Shown: positions 63,101 through 64,000 of the stretch, piece by piece
Layout: the number at the start of each line of letters is the position of its first letter
How positions within the stretch are numbered: the first letter of the stretch is position 1
Assembly (NCBI RefSeq): GCF_000315625.1
Contig: NW_005434651.1
Location: forward strand, 416,045-480,044
From: Guillardia theta CCMP2712
Lineage: Eukaryota; Protista; Cryptophyta
Direction: 5' to 3'
DNA: 64,000 bases
Program-made: the position numbers and the translations under genes
The notes under the pieces: model-generated
Seen by the model: only the letters and a program-made list of their open reading frames with translations
Told to the model about the DNA's origin: nothing
Databases searched by the model: none

Positions 63101-64000
63101 ATCCTCGACTACGATCTCCTCATCCTGAAAGCTTCTTTCCTCTCCAATCGCTCACTTTCCATCACAACAAGAGACTTCTTTACTGGCTTCTCTCCTGCTC
63201 ATGTAGCTTCCTCCTCCCACTTCTCGTCGGCGCTGACGCCTCGTCAGGTTCTGCTGCTCGTCTACGGCATCCCGACGTTCTCTGTCCCTACCGTCGTGCA
63301 CATCCTGCCTGTCAACACGTGAGTTTGAGCTGCGAAAAGAGTTGACACGATGTTTGTCGTTCCTTCTTGTCCCTCTAGTTCTCCTCCTCCTGCTCCTCCT
63401 GCTCCTCCTCCTCCTGCTCCTCCTCCTCCTCCTCCTTGCTTCTTGTCCTGCTTGTTGCTGTATCACCTTCTCAAGCTCCTGTGCCCTTCATCTTCATCCC
63501 TTCCGCCCCCGTCCCCCGCCTTCCTCTGACTCTTCTCGTCCTCACAGGGCGCCATCCTTTACTCTCAAGTCCAACGTCACGGTGACCCGTTCTCTCCCTT
63601 GCCTGACCCTCTTGACCCCCAGCCTCCAGGTCCTTCAAGGAACTTTCTGCAGGGCTCAGGGGGGGTGGGACCTCTCCTTTCCCAACCTCTCGCTCTCCGC
63701 GCCCTCCGGCTGTAACTTCCTCTTCCCCGGCTTCGCCTCGGACATCCTCCCAGGGCTCCCCGAGCGCGAAGTTTGCGGCAACTGCCTCGGCTCAGCTTCC
63801 TGCCAGCAGCAGGCAGTGTATGCTCGGGCATGCCAGCAAGTTTCCTTCGAGCTCTTCGTGGAGAGAAACCCCTTGCTCTTCCATGAGTTCCCTTCCATCT
63901 CCACCTCTGGAGCCCTTCAATTCATCCTCAACCCGGTCGAGAGCGGAGAGGTATCCCATGTCCTCCTCCTGCTCCTCTATCTGCCGATTGTCCTTGTGCC
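60124..64000 (+). CDS. Large secreted/surface protein: signal peptide, LamG/ConA-like domain, ephrin-receptor-like (GCC2/GCC3) Cys repeats and cadherin/Ig-like repeats; runs off the window end
   Basis: IGLYPFEG, TVEFW, WHHFAIV, FYFDG and GNLSEFRVWN; CxxCxxG repeats; IRVLPVNDPP. Confidence 0.8.

Overview
Gene-dense eukaryotic nuclear DNA with many ~45-55 nt spliceosomal introns. Several proteins carry a signal peptide plus an (A/S)AF-type transit peptide, which points to an alga with a complex red plastid, most likely a cryptophyte such as Guillardia (inference). About 25 protein genes can be traced. They include a plastid fatty-acid desaturase, a METTL21-like methyltransferase, a ligand-less Rieske-fold protein, four RWP-RK factors (two forming a near-identical duplicate), a SAM-like/fucosyltransferase fusion, a degenerate PEP-mutase-fold protein, a plastid glutathionyl-hydroquinone reductase, TrpB2, an SBDS with a secretory leader, RIIAD1-like, RPC19, a SET protein, PP2A B56, a HECT ligase, a COX7a-like microprotein, RPS3, a histidine phosphatase and a large LamG/Cys-rich surface protein. 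The least explained structure is non-coding: eight intergenic, very GC-rich islands made of shuffled short palindromes and shared words, often next to strand-skewed GGGT/ACCC tracts. All exon structures were read by eye, so multi-exon coordinates are gene spans and are approximate where stated.
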